Positions 1-13,920 of a DNA stretch of 64,000 bases are shown piece by piece. Positions within the stretch are counted from its first letter, which is position 1. Each line of letters begins with the position of its first letter. The stretch comes from Octopus vulgaris (taxonomy: Eukaryota), in assembly GCA_951406725.2 (NCBI GenBank), contig OX597831.1, positions 5,146,001-5,210,000 of the forward strand, written 5' to 3'. The position numbers and the translations under genes are program-made. Below the pieces are notes generated by a model. The model was not told the origin of the DNA. It did no database searches and saw only the letters and a list, made by a program, of their open reading frames with translations.

Positions 1-60
1 GCAGGTTGTTCAGTGAATCGGGTCGACTGGCACTCTCATCGTCGTAAGCAACGGAGGTCC

Positions 61-175
61 ATTTTTCCGAACCATGTGATCTTGGGTTCAGTTCCACAGT
101 GTAACTTCTTCTACAGCCCCTGGCCGATCCAAACCTTGTGCGTGGATTTGTTTGACGGAAATCGGAAGAAGCTCG

Positions 176-237
<62 letters not shown>

Positions 238-372
238 ATACTTTTTTTCTATTTGCGTCTTTGTGTTTATGTTCGTTACACACACACATCACCACTACTT
301 GACAACCGCTTTTGGCTTGTTTACGTCCCTGTAACATAGCGGTTCGGCAAAGTGAGGAGAGAGAATAAGTAC
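61..372 (+). mobile_element. SINE family A copy, degenerate
   Basis: Similar to the copies at 1327-1785 and 63388-63857, including the central (TG)n. Confidence 0.7.
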
Positions 373-374
373 AA

Positions 375-1325
375 GACGTTCTGAGTTCAAATTTCGCCGA
401 AGTCGACCTTACCTTTCATCCTTTCGGGCCGATAAATTAAGTAACATTTGCGTGCTGGGGTCGATCTCATCGACTGGCTCCTTCCCGAAAAATTCCGGGC
501 CTTGTACCTATAGTAGAAAAGGAAAGATACATAGATGCACATATCAATTTACAGCGGTTATTGGTTCCAAGTCATGCGACTTAGATCAAAACCGACGTAA
601 CACGAAAAATAATAATAATAAATAAATAAAAATAATTTAAAAGAATTTATTAGATTGTAACTATTGTAATGAATGGTTTGTACATACAAACATTTCATTC
701 GATTTCCCACTCCAGTATTCGTTTTTATGCGTTTTTTTTTTAAAATTTTTATAATTTTAAAAAGGCTCATTAAGACCGACGTAAAGTTGGATAAATTGAC
801 CGAAGCTGGGGTTTATTTTTTTCCATAAATTGCTGTAAAAAATGCGCTGTAAATTCGAAACGACGCAAGTTGAGGTATGCCTGTATATTTTTATAGAGGA
901 AAATATCACTATATAAATTAAATTATTATAATATTTCATGGTAGTACGGCGAACAAACTACTAAGAAGCATTGCGCCAGTCTTTACGTTCTGAGTTCAAA
1001 TTCCGCCGACGTCGACATTGCCATTCGTCCTTTAGAGATCGATGAAATAAGTACCAGTTGAGTACTGGAGTCAATGTGATTTTATTGACTTATTCCTTCC
1101 TCTCGAGTCAAAATTTGAAACCATTATTTTAATAGTTTATGTTAGCACGCCGGACAAACTACAAAGCAACATTTCGTCCGTCTTTACGTTCTGAGTTCAA
1201 ATCCTGCTGAGCTCGATTTTGTATTTCACCCTTTCAGTGTCGAGGAAATAAATACCAGCTGAGTACTGGGATTGAGGTAATTGACTATATCCCTCCCAGC
1301 AACTATCAGGCTTTGTGCCTATAAT
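375..1325 (+). mobile_element. Three SINE family B copies (~375-520, ~940-1125, ~1140-1325)
   Basis: Recurrent ACGTTCTGAGTTCAAATTCCGCC (B-box-like) followed by GTCGAC..TTTCATCCTTTCGGGGTCGATAAA..AAGTACCAG. Confidence 0.75.
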
Positions 1326-1326
1326 A

Positions 1327-1526
1327 TTCTCTTTTACTTGTTTCAATCATGTGACTGTGGCCATGCTGGAGTACAGCCTTTATTCGAGCAAACCGACCCC
1401 AGGACTTATTCTTTGTAAGCCTAGTACTTATTCTATCGGCCTCTTTTGCCGAACCGCTAAGTTACGGGGACGTAAACACACCAGCATCGGTTGTCAAGCG
1501 ATGCTGGGGGGACAAACACAGACACA

Positions 1527-1620
<94 letters not shown>

Positions 1621-1785
1621 TACGATGGGCTTCTTTCAGTTTCTGTCTACCAAATCCACTCACAAGGTTTTGGTCGGCCCGAAGCTATAGTAGAAGGTAT
1701 TAGCCCAAGGTGCCACGCAGTGGGACTGAACCCGGAACCATGTGGTTGGTAAGCAAGCTACTTACCACACAGCCACTCCTGCCAC
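1327..1785 (-). mobile_element. SINE family A (tRNA-like head, CORE-like segment, internal TA/TG microsatellite, stem-loop tail)
   Basis: Minus-strand head GGCAGGAGTGGCTGTGTGGTAAG...GGGTTCAGTCCC, then GCACCTTGGG (CORE-like), tail CTCCAGCATGGCCACAGTCA..TGA..GAAACAAGTAAAAGAG. More than 10 copies in the window. Confidence 0.88.
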
Positions 1786-2390
1786 TATAATCATTATATT
1801 TTATGAAAGTGTGAGGGTCTGGTAAGTTTCTGGGCTTTGAATTGTCGTGAAATGAGAACAACCGCTTGAAATCTTGTGGTAGATATTTCCGCCTCTTGTT
1901 TATTTGAATCGAAGTTCAAATTTCGCCATTGTAAACATCGACGCGCGGCGTTCGATCAAATGAAATACCAGTGAAATTGAGATCGATTAAATCATCTCCC
2001 CCACCACCACCTACACCACAGTGGGTGTGTAATCATGTGACACTGCTATAGATTTATATATATTACAAAGTATAATATAGTCAGATCGTAAAATATTATT
2101 CGGGGGTTTGGTAGGAAGGGATTGAAAAAGTACAAACATGATGGAGTTGTGAGAATGGAACTCTCTCTCTCTCTCTCTCTCTCCTTTCTTCTCTCTGTGA
2201 ATTCTTGCGTGCATGTGTATGCGAATGCGTAGATGTATGGAATATTCTAGCAAAGATATTTAAACGCTTTCACAGACACATACAATTTTCCCGATAATCG
2301 GTGCCAATTCGGGGGTGAAAATATTAAAAAAAAAAAAAAAAAATACGCGTACACACACGCGTTTGTGCGTATACATATGCGTATGTGTGA

Positions 2391-2428
<38 letters not shown>

Positions 2429-2564
2429 AACGGGCCCAGACACACTCTTATACAAAACACACGAAAGTAATGAAAAAAAAACACATGCACAAACAGCCTG
2501 GAAAAATGAAAGAACAAAATAGCAAATAAAAAGAAAAAACAAGTGTATTCACAGCTTTTCGTTT

Positions 2565-2578
2565 CCGCCAGAGGGCGC
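2565..2578 (+). promoter_or_regulatory. Candidate CTCF site in the Nkx6 last intron
   Basis: CCGCCAGAGGGCGC closely matches the CTCF core, inside a short non-repetitive island between microsatellites. Confidence 0.4.
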
Positions 2579-3095
2579 CTCACTCAATAGCAATTGTCAT
2601 GATCAATGGCTACTGCAGCGAAGAACTGCAATAGAAGATCGAAGTGAAATCTCAAGAGAGAAAGAGTGAAAGGAAGAGAAAGAGAGAGAGAGAGAGAGAG
2701 TAAGGGTGTATGGAAGGAGGTAATCCAGCGTTTATGAATAGGATGTGATTAGTGAAACATGAGAAAGACTGATGAATACACACACGCACACACACACATA
2801 CAAACACACAAACATACACATACACGCAGGCACACATACACATACACACACGCACGTATATCTGTGAATTTATGGATGTATGTAAATGTGTTGATATGAA
2901 TGCACGATTAGGTAAATATACACACAAATATGTGTGTATGTGTGTGTACACACGCACACACAAACACACTCACACACACACACACATATAATGGCGTATA
3001 TATGTTTTCCAGTACGAGTAAAGATCTTCATACATGAATGCATACAAATGCATGTTTCAATAAATGTTTTGATACACACACATTTATATATATAC

Positions 3096-3151
<56 letters not shown>

Positions 3152-3677
3152 ATGTGTGTATATATATGAATGTATATATATAAATACATAATACATATAT
3201 ATACATATGTATATCGCTAGGAATATTGAAATGTAATAGAAATGAGCATATAGAATTACAGGCCGCTTAAAGTATAGAGAAACACACATCAAAACAAACT
3301 AACAACATGCAACACAACACTAACCGCGAGTGCACACAAAACACTCACACACAACACGCAGACAAAGAAACATTCACTCACGCACAAACATTCGCTCTCA
3401 CACACATGTAAATTAGCCATAAACGGGTCTAACAGTGTGCCTACTAATCGTTCATCTTCTCTTTATATATATATATATATATATATTTGTCAGTGAACAG
3501 GTCGCGGTTTCAAAGTGACGAAAATATTCTGACTACTTAAATTTAAATGTTGAAATGAATCTAACGGTTTCTGTGTGTTTCTTAAATGGCTTATAAACAC
3601 CTTCCACGCTGCAGTTGTTTTCCTTCCAGCATACGATCTCAGATCAGGTCACTTGCTATGCAAGTACATCTCCGTAA

Positions 3678-3714
<37 letters not shown>

Positions 3715-3792
3715 GTACACATATGCGTATATATATATAAATATATATATAAATATATAAAAATATATATAAATATATATATATCCGTTTAA

Positions 3793-4008
3793 AGGTGGCG
3801 AGCTGGCAGAAACGTTAGCGCGCCGGGCGAAATGTTTAGCGGTATTTCGTCTGTCGTTATGTTCTGAGTTCAAATTCCGCCAAGGTCGACTTTGCCTTTC
3901 ATCCTTTCGGGGTCGATAAATAAAGTACCAGTTTTGCAACTGGGGTCATTGTGATTCATTTGTCCTTGTTTGTCCCCTCTATTAGCTCCTTGTGGGCAGT
4001 AAAGAAAT
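3793..4008 (+). mobile_element. SINE family B, single copy with B2-type tail, in the Nkx6 intron
   Basis: GGCGAGCTGGCAGAAACGTTAGC head; ends at GGGCAGTAAAGAAATA. Confidence 0.85.
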
Positions 4009-4065
4009 ATATATATATCCGTTTTCGTTACTTATTTATTTCGTTACACACACACACACACGCAC

Positions 4066-4115
<50 letters not shown>

Positions 4116-4172
4116 GTTTTCGTTATTTATTACAGTTGTTTAATTTTGTTTCTTTTTTTTTTTTTTGTCAAG

Positions 4173-4343
4173 GTTTGGTTCCAAAATCGCCGCACGAAAT
4201 GGCGCAAGCGGCACGCGGCAGAAATGGCATCAGCTAAAAAGAAACAAGAACAGGCTGAGGAACTGGAAGGCACTTCAGACTTGGAAGACGATAGTTCTGA
4301 TCTGGCGAGAAGTCACGGCATGTCTCTTGATCATTCTGGGTGA
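4173..4343 (+). CDS. Nkx6: Terminal coding exon of an Nkx6 (HGTX-type) NK-class homeobox gene: homeodomain helix 3 plus acidic C-terminus; upstream exons lie outside the window
   Basis: Poly-T tract plus AG acceptor at 4171-4172, then phase-0 [32 protein letters not shown]...[30 protein letters not shown] is the Nkx6-family signature, and the QVK|VWFQ intron position is a typical homeobox intron site. Confidence 0.93.
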   Translation, partial: VWFQNRRTKWRKRHAAEMASAKKKQEQAEELEGTSDLEDDSSDLARSHGMSLDHSG

Positions 4344-4662
4344 TGAACTGTTTGCAAACATACAAATAACAAAAAATACCTTCAAGACAATACATATATA
4401 CATACGTATACATTATGTATATGCACATACATACATGTACATATGTATATAGATTTGAATATATATATATATACATAAATGCATATATATATATATATAT
4501 TTGTGTACTTATATACATATGTGTGTATGTATATATCGTTACACATACACATATGTAAACATACATAAACGTATATATATATATATTATATATGTGTGCA
4601 TGTATTTATATACATATGTATATGTGTATGTATAGTTACACATACATGTATGTATATATACC

Positions 4663-4725
<63 letters not shown>

Positions 4726-4754
4726 GTGTATGTATATAATTATTAATCACACGA

Positions 4755-4760
4755 AATAAA
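4755..4760 (+). promoter_or_regulatory. Candidate polyadenylation signal for the Nkx6 transcript
   Basis: First AATAAA after the stop codon; later ones exist (e.g. ~6115), so the true 3' end is uncertain. Confidence 0.3.
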
Positions 4761-4803
4761 CATTCAAAACAGTAATTATAATTATTATTATTATATCAAA
4801 GAA

Positions 4804-4865
<62 letters not shown>

Positions 4866-5475
4866 GATGATGATGATGATAACACTGGTGGCGATGGTGG
4901 TGATGAAAGAGAAAGTAGAAATGTACTGTTTATGATGCTGACAGTCGTATGGTGAAAGAGGAGGCGGAATACAATAATCACTACGATTGACACCACCGCC
5001 ATCACCACCATCACCACCACCACCACTACCAGTACTGCCACCCATACTACAATATAGCAATCGGTGCTACTACGAGTATTTACTAACATTACCACATCCA
5101 CTACAAGAATTACACAAATACGATCATACCCCCACCCCCACCCCACTTCACCAATCTCTACTTGATCCTTAGAGTCCCCCCCCCCCCACGTTCTTACCTT
5201 TCCATCCCCTTTCTTTTACAACTCCAGCCCCCGTACATTTCTTTAATATTAGCTTTTGGGAATTCCTCTGATACGAACGTACGTGGGTTTATAAGCTGCC
5301 ATCCAGTGTGAGAAATATATCTCCACCAACACACTCGCCACCACCAGCCACCACCACCACAACCACCACCACCACGATCACCAACAATAACAACACCGCC
5401 ACCACCACTACCCCCACCTACACAAACATCATTACCACAACCTTTGAAACGATGAATCTTCTTGGCAGTGCCCTA

Positions 5476-6085
5476 ACTAGCCCTAAATAGAAACCAAATT
5501 GCCCTCAAAATTACAACCTCACTGTCTTAAGAATGGCAGACATAAATTGGACATACAACGTAGAACTTGATATACAAATGTCTGGATGGTCACGACGGGA
5601 ACGTCTTTGATTATAGTTTTGCTCCATCAGGACAAACCTTGGGGGTTAAACAAAAATAAGACAATAATTATCATCATCATCGTCATCAATACCAACAGCG
5701 AGCGAACGCTTAACTTGCTAGAAAGAGCAGATAAATGTCCCTCAAATCACACTGTACTGTTTTAAAAAAAGAAGGACACACTTGAAATAGAAATGACGTG
5801 ATGGTCACGGATAGAAACACTTTTGATAATAGTTCTACTCCGTCAGGGTTTGATTTAGGGGTTAAAGAACAGCACCAATATGGCTAGAAATAGCAGCCAC
5901 ATCTCTCTCAACTACACCCCTATGATCTTTAAAAAAAACTGGAAGGACATTAAATAATGTTTCTAGATACTCAGTATGTAAAGGAAAAATAAAAAATAAA
6001 AAAAACTTGACGGGATGATCACGGCTGGAAAGCCCATTTAGGTCTGCTCAATCAGAGTTGATCTAGAATTAAACAACAATTACAA
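5476..6085 (+). mobile_element. Three tandem diverged ~200-bp retroposon 3'-tail fragments
   Basis: Each runs roughly (CT)AGAAATAGCAGCCAAAT.CCCTCAAA...GGATGGTCACGG...GGGGTTAAACAACAA; copies at ~5476, ~5715 and ~5882. Confidence 0.65.
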
Positions 6086-6148
6086 TTACACAACAGTAAG
6101 ATATAACTACAGCAAATAAATATGTTGAAAACTAATTTGTTGACTCTA

Positions 6149-6205
<57 letters not shown>

Positions 6206-6508
6206 GATGTTGTTGTTTTTGTGTTTGTTGTTGTTATCATTGTTATTATTATCACCTTCTTACAATCTTGTTTACATTTCTTGCCGATTGTCTTCCGAAC
6301 ACCTAGGGTAAAGAAACACATTGTATATATACATCGGCAGGCCATTAAAATGAACATAACGGATTGTTAATTTACAAAGTCTTGTGATAGGAAAAAAAAA
6401 GAAGAAAGACATAGAGAAAAGGGAAAGAAGGGAAGAAAATGAAAAAGGAAAAACTAAACAAAGAAAATAAAGGGGAAAAAGGAAAGAAAATTCACAGCAA
6501 CAATGCGC

Positions 6509-6539
<31 letters not shown>

Positions 6540-6540
6540 C

Positions 6541-6588
<48 letters not shown>

Positions 6589-6595
6589 CAGCAGC

Positions 6596-6649
<54 letters not shown>

Positions 6650-7001
6650 TCTATAATTTTATCAGTTTTGTATTTTGTCATTGAAACTAAACTAACAATA
6701 TGAACGGAAATTGCTTTCAGACCGGAAGTTTACCAACAAACGGGTAACTAGGCGTAAGAACGCGACGCCATGATACCTCTGTCCTTCAATCGCATCAAAG
6801 TCATTTCTTCTAGTCGCTGCTCTATGAATGTTAACCTCCTGGCATGAAACCGCGAGTAACAGAATATAAAATAAAATGCTAACTCATCCAAAGGTATTGA
6901 GTCCTCTTTATAAAAGACACCACTTGCATATACACAATCGCAACTGTAGAAAAAACATAAAACAGTCTCTCACAGCAGGCAGGTGAGGCTGTGTAGTAAG
7001 A

Positions 7002-7540
7002 AGGCGGCGAGCTGGCAGAAACGTTAGCACGCCGGGCGAAATGCGTATTTCGTCTGCCGTTACGTTCTGAGTTCAAATTCCGCCGAGGTCGACTTTGCCT
7101 TCCATCCTTTCGGGGTTGATTAAATAAGTACCAGTTACGCACTGGGGTCGATATAATCGACTTAATCCGTTTGTCTGTCCTTGTTTGTCCTCTCTGTGTT
7201 CAGCCACTTGTGGGTAGTAAAGAAATAGGTATCTCGTCTGCCGTCACGTTCTGAGTTCGAATTCCGCCGAGATCGACTTTGCCTTTCATCCTTTCGGGGT
7301 CGATAAATTAAGTAGCAGTTACGCACTGGGGTCGATATAATCGACTTAATCCGTTTGTCTGTCCTTGTTTGTCCTCTCTGTATTTAGCTCCGTGTGGGTA
7401 GTAAAGAAATAGGTATCTCGTCTGCCGTCACGTTCTGAGTTCGAATTCCGCCGAGATCGACTTTGCCTTTCATCCTTCCGGGGTCGATAAATTAAGTACG
7501 AGTTACGTACTGGGGTCGATATAATCGACTTAATCCGTGT
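7002..7540 (+). mobile_element. SINE family B tandem array: one head plus ~3 units of ~183 bp
   Basis: Units rejoin at AAGAAATA|GGTATCTCGTCTGCCG. Confidence 0.88.
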
Positions 7541-8104
7541 ATTTACACCAGTTTGTTAACAGCGAGAAATTCTCTACATGAAAAAATACAGTGAATGTAC
7601 TTCTTACGAATTGGAATATGCCTGAAGCATATTTGGCCTAGTATCAAGTTTGTATTTATATTCATCCCTGCTTAGCGTTGTCACTCCGTTTTATAAGAAG
7701 TAACGCACGTCTTGTATTTTGAATATTTCGGGATTAAAACCTCTTCGGAAAAAATTTCGTAAGAATGGTGCTATGAGCTGACAACGCCAGTAATCCGAAG
7801 ATTTCCTGAAGAAGGGAACCTAATCACGGAGTAATAAAATACAAGTTATAAGTACACGCTACTCACAAGTATCATTTCTTATAAATCGCATTGTCTTGGG
7901 GTTAAAATATAAACAAAAACACTCACTAATATCAGACAATGCTTCGTGACAAATATACTACTTATCTATATATGTGTGTATATACACAAACATGTGTGTG
8001 CGTTTGTGTGTGTATGTTTGTATGTATATACATGCGGCGGCAAGTATGTATGTATGCATGTATGTATGTATGTATGTATGTATGTATGTATGTATGTATG
8101 TGTG

Positions 8105-8423
8105 AAGGCGCATGGCTCTGTGGTTAGAGCGTCGAGCTTACGATCGGGAGGTTGTGAGTTCGAATCCTGGACCGGGCTGCGTGTTGTGTTCTTGAGCAAG
8201 ACAATTTATTTCACGTCTCACCAGTTCACTCAGCTGTAGAAATGAGTTGCAATGTCACTGATGCCAAGCTGTATCGGCCCTTTTTCCTTTCCCTTGGATA
8301 ACACTGGTGGCATGGAGAGGGGAGGCTGGTATACATGGGCGACTGCTGGTCTTCCATAAACAACATTGCCCGGACTTGTGCCTGGGAGGGTAACTTTCTA
8401 GGTGCAATTCCTTGGCCAGTCAT
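8105..8423 (+). mobile_element. SINE family D (tRNA head plus CORE-like segment)
   Basis: GGCGCATGGCTCTGTGGTTAGAGCG...GAGTTCGAATCCTGG (A/B boxes), then GTTGTGTTCTTGAGCAAGAC. Related copies at ~9800-9935, ~18790-19020, ~21200-21460 and 38706-39288. Confidence 0.8.
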
Positions 8424-8717
8424 ATATATATATGTATGTACGTACGTACGTACGTATGTATGTATGTATGTATGTACGTAGATATGTATGGTTGTATACT
8501 TGTATATTAATCAATCTGTATCATATTTAAATCAGAAGCCTAATTAATTGTGGTATTCGTCCCGAGATGTTATCAGAAAGATTTCGAATTTTGGAAGGAT
8601 GGAACGGAATGGAAAAAAATCAAACGAAATAGGTAGAATCAAATCGAATTATATTTCACGTCGTTCTCTACACTATCAAAAACGCTATCGCTCTGTGTGT
8701 GTTTGAGTGTGTGTGAG

Positions 8718-8751
<34 letters not shown>

Positions 8752-8960
8752 AGTGAGTGTGTGTGTGTGTGTGTGGGTGTGGGTGTCTGGGTGTCTGTGT
8801 GTGTGGGTGGGTGTCTGTGTGTGTGTGTGCGTGTTTGAGTGTGTGTGTGTGTGAGTGTGTGGGTGTGTGTGTGTGTGTGTGTGTGAGTGTGTGCGTGTGT
8901 GTGAGTGTGTGTGTGTGTGTGAGTGTGTGGGTGTGTGTGTGTGTGTGTGTGTGTGTCTGT

Positions 8961-8995
<35 letters not shown>

Positions 8996-9314
8996 GTGTG
9001 TTGTAAAATCTATTTGCAAACGCAACGTTGTACGCAGAACGATGTTGCAATATTTTAGCCCCAGGAAAAAATATTTTCCTGTTGTCGACATGTGATCTAT
9101 CTGTGTCCGTATATTGTGAGCAAGGGAGTCTATCGCTCCCTTCATAGGCGTAGCGATACTTGTTGACCTATGGTCTCTGAGCAATTTTCCTTCCTCGATA
9201 CAGGACAAACGGCGGCTAGAGATAGCAGTCAATCGCTTTTGCTCACAGTATGTCCTTTTAAAGCGACACACAGTTGCTGATCTCATATATGCATGTGTGT
9301 GTGTGTGTGTGTGT

Positions 9315-9752
9315 ATCTTTTATCTTTTCCATTTTTGAGGAATTACAGGGCCACCATTTTGGGGAACCGCCTTGGAGAGATTTTAGTTGAATGAATCGAC
9401 TCAATCACTTATTATTTTTTCAATTTGGTACTTATACTTTCGGTAACTTTTGCCGAAATGTTGGGTGAAGGGAACGAAAACATACCAACACCGGTTGTAA
9501 AACAGTGGTGGGGGAGAAACACAGACCCAAAGACAAAGACACAGATGCACACACACACACACACGGAATATATTATACTACGCGCTTCTTTCAGTTTCGT
9601 CTACCAAATCCACTCACAATGCTATCGTCGACCCTAGGCCTGAGTAGACGACACTCGACCAAGGTGCCATGCAGCGGGACTGAACACAGAATTATGCTGT
9701 TGGTAAGCAAGCTCCTTACCCCAACACTGCCACGCCTACCCCTTTGTGTGTG

Positions 9753-9795
<43 letters not shown>

Positions 9796-9935
9796 CTACT
9801 ACTCATTCTTGCCAGCTGGATGGAATGGAGTAACGTGAAATAAAGTGTCTTGCTCAAGACGCGTCACCGGGAATTGAACTCAAGACCTTACGATCATCAG
9901 CCGAATGCCCCTAACCATTAAGCCACGCGCCTTCA
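9315..9935 (-). mobile_element. Degenerate SINE A (9315-9740) followed by SINE D (9800-9935)
   Basis: Similarity to the better-preserved copies of each family. Confidence 0.7.
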
Positions 9936-10019
9936 CACACACATACACACACACGTATATAAAATGTATATAATAGATCTAAATTACTGTATATATGTAT
10001 ATTATATCTATCTGTCTGC

Positions 10020-10065
<46 letters not shown>

Positions 10066-10088
10066 CTCTATCTCTCTATCTCTCTCTC

Positions 10089-10176
<88 letters not shown>

Positions 10177-10216
10177 TGTGTATGTGTGTATACATATATA
10201 CATACATATATGTATT

Positions 10217-10342
<126 letters not shown>

Positions 10343-10640
10343 AAAATTGATAGGTATAGTATATATATGCAAACAGTAATTTAGATACATTTCAGCCGTC
10401 CTTGCAAATCAGTTTTGCACCAGATATGAAATAACCCGGTATTATCAATAGAGTGGTAAGAGCACATGTATTTAGATAACTGTCTTGCAATCTAATATCC
10501 GGTGCGAAACTAATTAAGATCGGTTGTAGTGGATCTATAATACTGCATACTTTGTTAATATATCCACTGCATTAACATATATACGTTGGCTTATTCTTCT
10601 GTCTGATAGATTTATTGACGACTATATATGTATATATCCA

Positions 10641-10684
<44 letters not shown>

Positions 10685-10705
10685 TGGGGTGAGAGTGAGT
10701 TAGAG

Positions 10706-10856
<151 letters not shown>

Positions 10857-11229
10857 GAGGGAGAGATTATATTGAGATTAATATAGGTATCACACGCACT
10901 GAGTTAAAGTGATTCAGAGCTAATGGCCATATATTTCGTGTGAGCATTTAGATGACACCTTTTAAAGAGGTACCATACACTGTATAAAGCACCTCTAATC
11001 CCCACCCCAAATCTTATACGAATCCTCTATGGGGCCCATATAAAAGTTCCAGGGGTCCACGCCAGGAAAATAGACCCGTACTGATATTTTAAGTGTCCAA
11101 TGAAAACATTTTGATTCAGGTGTATTTATTTCAATGCACATCTAGGTTCTTATTTTCTCTCACATTTTGTACAGTTCACCCAACAGAAATGAATGTGTGG
11201 AAAGCAAAATAAGAATTTTGAAAGAAGGC

Positions 11230-12150
11230 TTTATAAAACTAGTTTTTAAGCATCGAATGACTATGAGAAAAAATGCAGTGAGCAGAGGCCCCGCTTGCTG
11301 AACTTTTGCGATTTCGATAAAGTTCTTGACACCATACGACACACAGCTATGTGAACGGTCCAGAAGGGATTCGGTTGCTCCGCTCCTTTTTGTGACACTC
11401 ATCAGATCGATTGATTTTCCGATCGCCAACGGCTTAAAGTAGGGATGTGTACCTGTCCCAACTTTGTTTTGCATACACCTTGCAGTGATGCTCTATGAAG
11501 TTCCACCTAACAACACTTGTGTGGAGTTAAATACCACTTCGATAATGGATATTATAATATGTCCAGACTTCGGTCACAAATGTTGACCGACAGCACTTGT
11601 ATCACTGAACTCAGTACACGGACGACAACGCCACTCCTGTTTATTCATAAGAATAATTTCAGGAATATCAACAAATTCAAAAATGCACGTGCTGGGTTTT
11701 TTTTGGTTATTTTTTTTTTTGGCAATCAGATACAGAAGACCAAAATACGTGCACAACCTGATCCAAACACAATCCTTCCAGAATTCACCATCAAAGTTTC
11801 TATCATACCACTGGAACAAATAGACCAGTTTCCTTTTTCCCATGTCGCTTTTGGAAAACGCAGCGTGCTTTCGGAAAGCGGAACCTGATACTACAAACCA
11901 AGCTCACAGTACAACAGGGTATGGTGGTTTCCACCTTATTCTATGGTTCTGAGTCATAGACTTTGTATTGCCAAGACATTCGAAAACTGGAACGATTCCA
12001 TCAAGAAAGAACTGCGATCAATTACGGACATCGAATGGGATGTTTGACATTCAAATCTTGCGGTCCTTGAACGGGTCGAAGCCAACAGTATTGAGGCTAT
12101 CGTAATCAAATATCGCTGCAGATGGGCAGTTCATGTCCACCGCACGAAGA
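11230..12150 (+). pseudogene. Degenerate RTE-clade LINE ORF2 (RT and C-terminal) fossil
   Basis: Broken RT motifs: FCDFDKVLDTI (~11303), GLK*GCVPVPTLF (~11431), LYGSES*TLY (~11940), SIEAIVIKYRCRWAVHVHR (~12090). Many stops and frameshifts. Confidence 0.7.
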
Positions 12151-12249
12151 GTCCTAGATCGTTATAGAACTGGATATCACCTTTTGAAGTATAAAAGAGA
12201 AGAAAGTACCAAAAAACCGGGTATGCTGTAAAAGATAGAAAGTTCGAGA

Positions 12250-13305
12250 AAAAAAGGTAGTTAGATGGCGAATTCTACAGAGAATGTGAAAGATTATGAA
12301 CCATCGTTGGGGTAGCTCCGCGGTGGAGATTTAAAAAGGAAAAATGGAAGGTTTAATGGTAGCTGTTCAAGATGAACCTCTAAACACTAATTCCTGGCAT
12401 ACAAGTCGACGTAGTTTGTAATGTAAACATTCAAACATTGATACTATCTTTCCAAATTCTGTCGCATTTCCCATGGAGTTTTTTGTCCCTCAACGTCTTT
12501 TTGGTGTGTAAGTTCTCTTACGGTTTATGGCTGTAAATTATGGTTTGAAATCTGTGGTTTGTATGCTGGGAAATATGGTACAGTGCACTGCTCCAAAGAA
12601 GAACTCAGTGTGCAATCAGCGATCGGAAAAGCTTCAGTTTACGCCGATTATTTTGTAACAAAAAATATGAATTCAACACTTCAGACAAAATGTACAATCA
12701 TGTACCAGAAAAGGATCTAAATAAGCCTGGAAAATAGAAAATTTTACGAGACGTTGGCACCCAGACAGACAGGGTTACAAGTGACCACTGTAGACTAGAT
12801 ATCATTACAGGAGGCATTAAATTAAAAGAGAATGTCTCATAATAGATTTTGCAATTTTTCAGACAAAATCATTATAGAAAACAAATGAGAAAAGATGACG
12901 TAATACGTTGAATCGAAAGTAAAGTTATGAAGAAAGTAGATGGAGCGGAGTTGCTCATCAGCAAAATGGAAGTATCAACTATCACTGGAGCATTAGATAC
13001 AATCGACTCCCTCCAAAAGATTGGCATAGAACTTGGAACGGCTGATTGTCAAGACGGATATGAAAGGGCTCCAAAAGTCTTCCCGCCTTTGAACATATCT
13101 TATTCTTAGAAAACTACTTCTTGTGGTAGGCCTTTCATAAGCGCTAACAAGCAGAACAGAGAGCAGAACAGATTGGTTCAAATGTAAAGACACAACACCT
13201 ACAAAAACCAGCTTTGCTTGGATCTACAAGAATTCTTCGCCGGGTTCTTGAAGTAAACAGGTGTCACCCTAGTCTGCTGACTGTGGACAGCTGACACTTT
13301 CCATC
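12250..13305 (+). pseudogene. Old degenerate restriction-like-endonuclease (R4/Dong-like) non-LTR retrotransposon 3' part
   Basis: KMEGLMVAVQDEPLNTN (cf. ETEGFLIAAQDQSLPTRN at ~14085), GALDTI, and C-terminal LQKPALLGSTRILRRVLEV. Confidence 0.55.
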
Positions 13306-13356
13306 ATAACCAGCAAAATAAACTGAAAGTTTTCATCAAATAATAATAATATTAAT

Positions 13357-13764
13357 ACTCTTTTACTCGTTTCAGTCATTTGACTGCGGTCATGCTGGAG
13401 CACCGCCTTTAGTCGAGCAAATCGACCCCGGGACTTATTCTTTGTAAGCCCAGTACTTATTCTTATTTTTTGCCGAACCGCTAAGTGACGGGGACGTAAA
13501 CACACCAGCATCGGTTGTCAAGCAATGCTAGAGGGACAAACACAGACACATAAACATATACACAGACATACATATATATATATATACATATACATATATA
13601 CGACAGGCTTCTTTCAGTTTCCGTCTACCAAATCTACTCACAAGGCATTGGTTGGCCCGAGGCTATAGCAGAAGACACTTACCCAAGATGCCACGCAGTG
13701 GGACTGAACCCGAAACCATGTGGTTGGTAAGCAAGCTACTTACCACACAGCCATTCCTGCGCCT
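13357..13764 (-). mobile_element. SINE family A, near full length
   Basis: Head GGCGCAGGAATGGCTGTGTGG, CORE-like CTTGGGTAAGTGTCTTC, tail ending AAAAGAGTA. Confidence 0.88.
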
Positions 13765-13780
13765 ATAATAATAATAATAA

Positions 13781-13811
<31 letters not shown>

Positions 13812-13920
13812 AAGAAGAAGAAAAAGAAGAAGAGGAAGAAGAAGAAAAAGAAGAAGAGGAAAAAGAAGAAGAAGAAGAAGAAGAAGAAGAAGAAGAAGAA
13901 GAAGAAGAAGAAGAAGAAAA

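Noticed and set aside
3951-4172. N-terminal part of the 130-aa ORF containing the homeobox fragment
   Set aside because: SINE tail, (TA)n and polypyrimidine tract; intronic, upstream of the AG acceptor.
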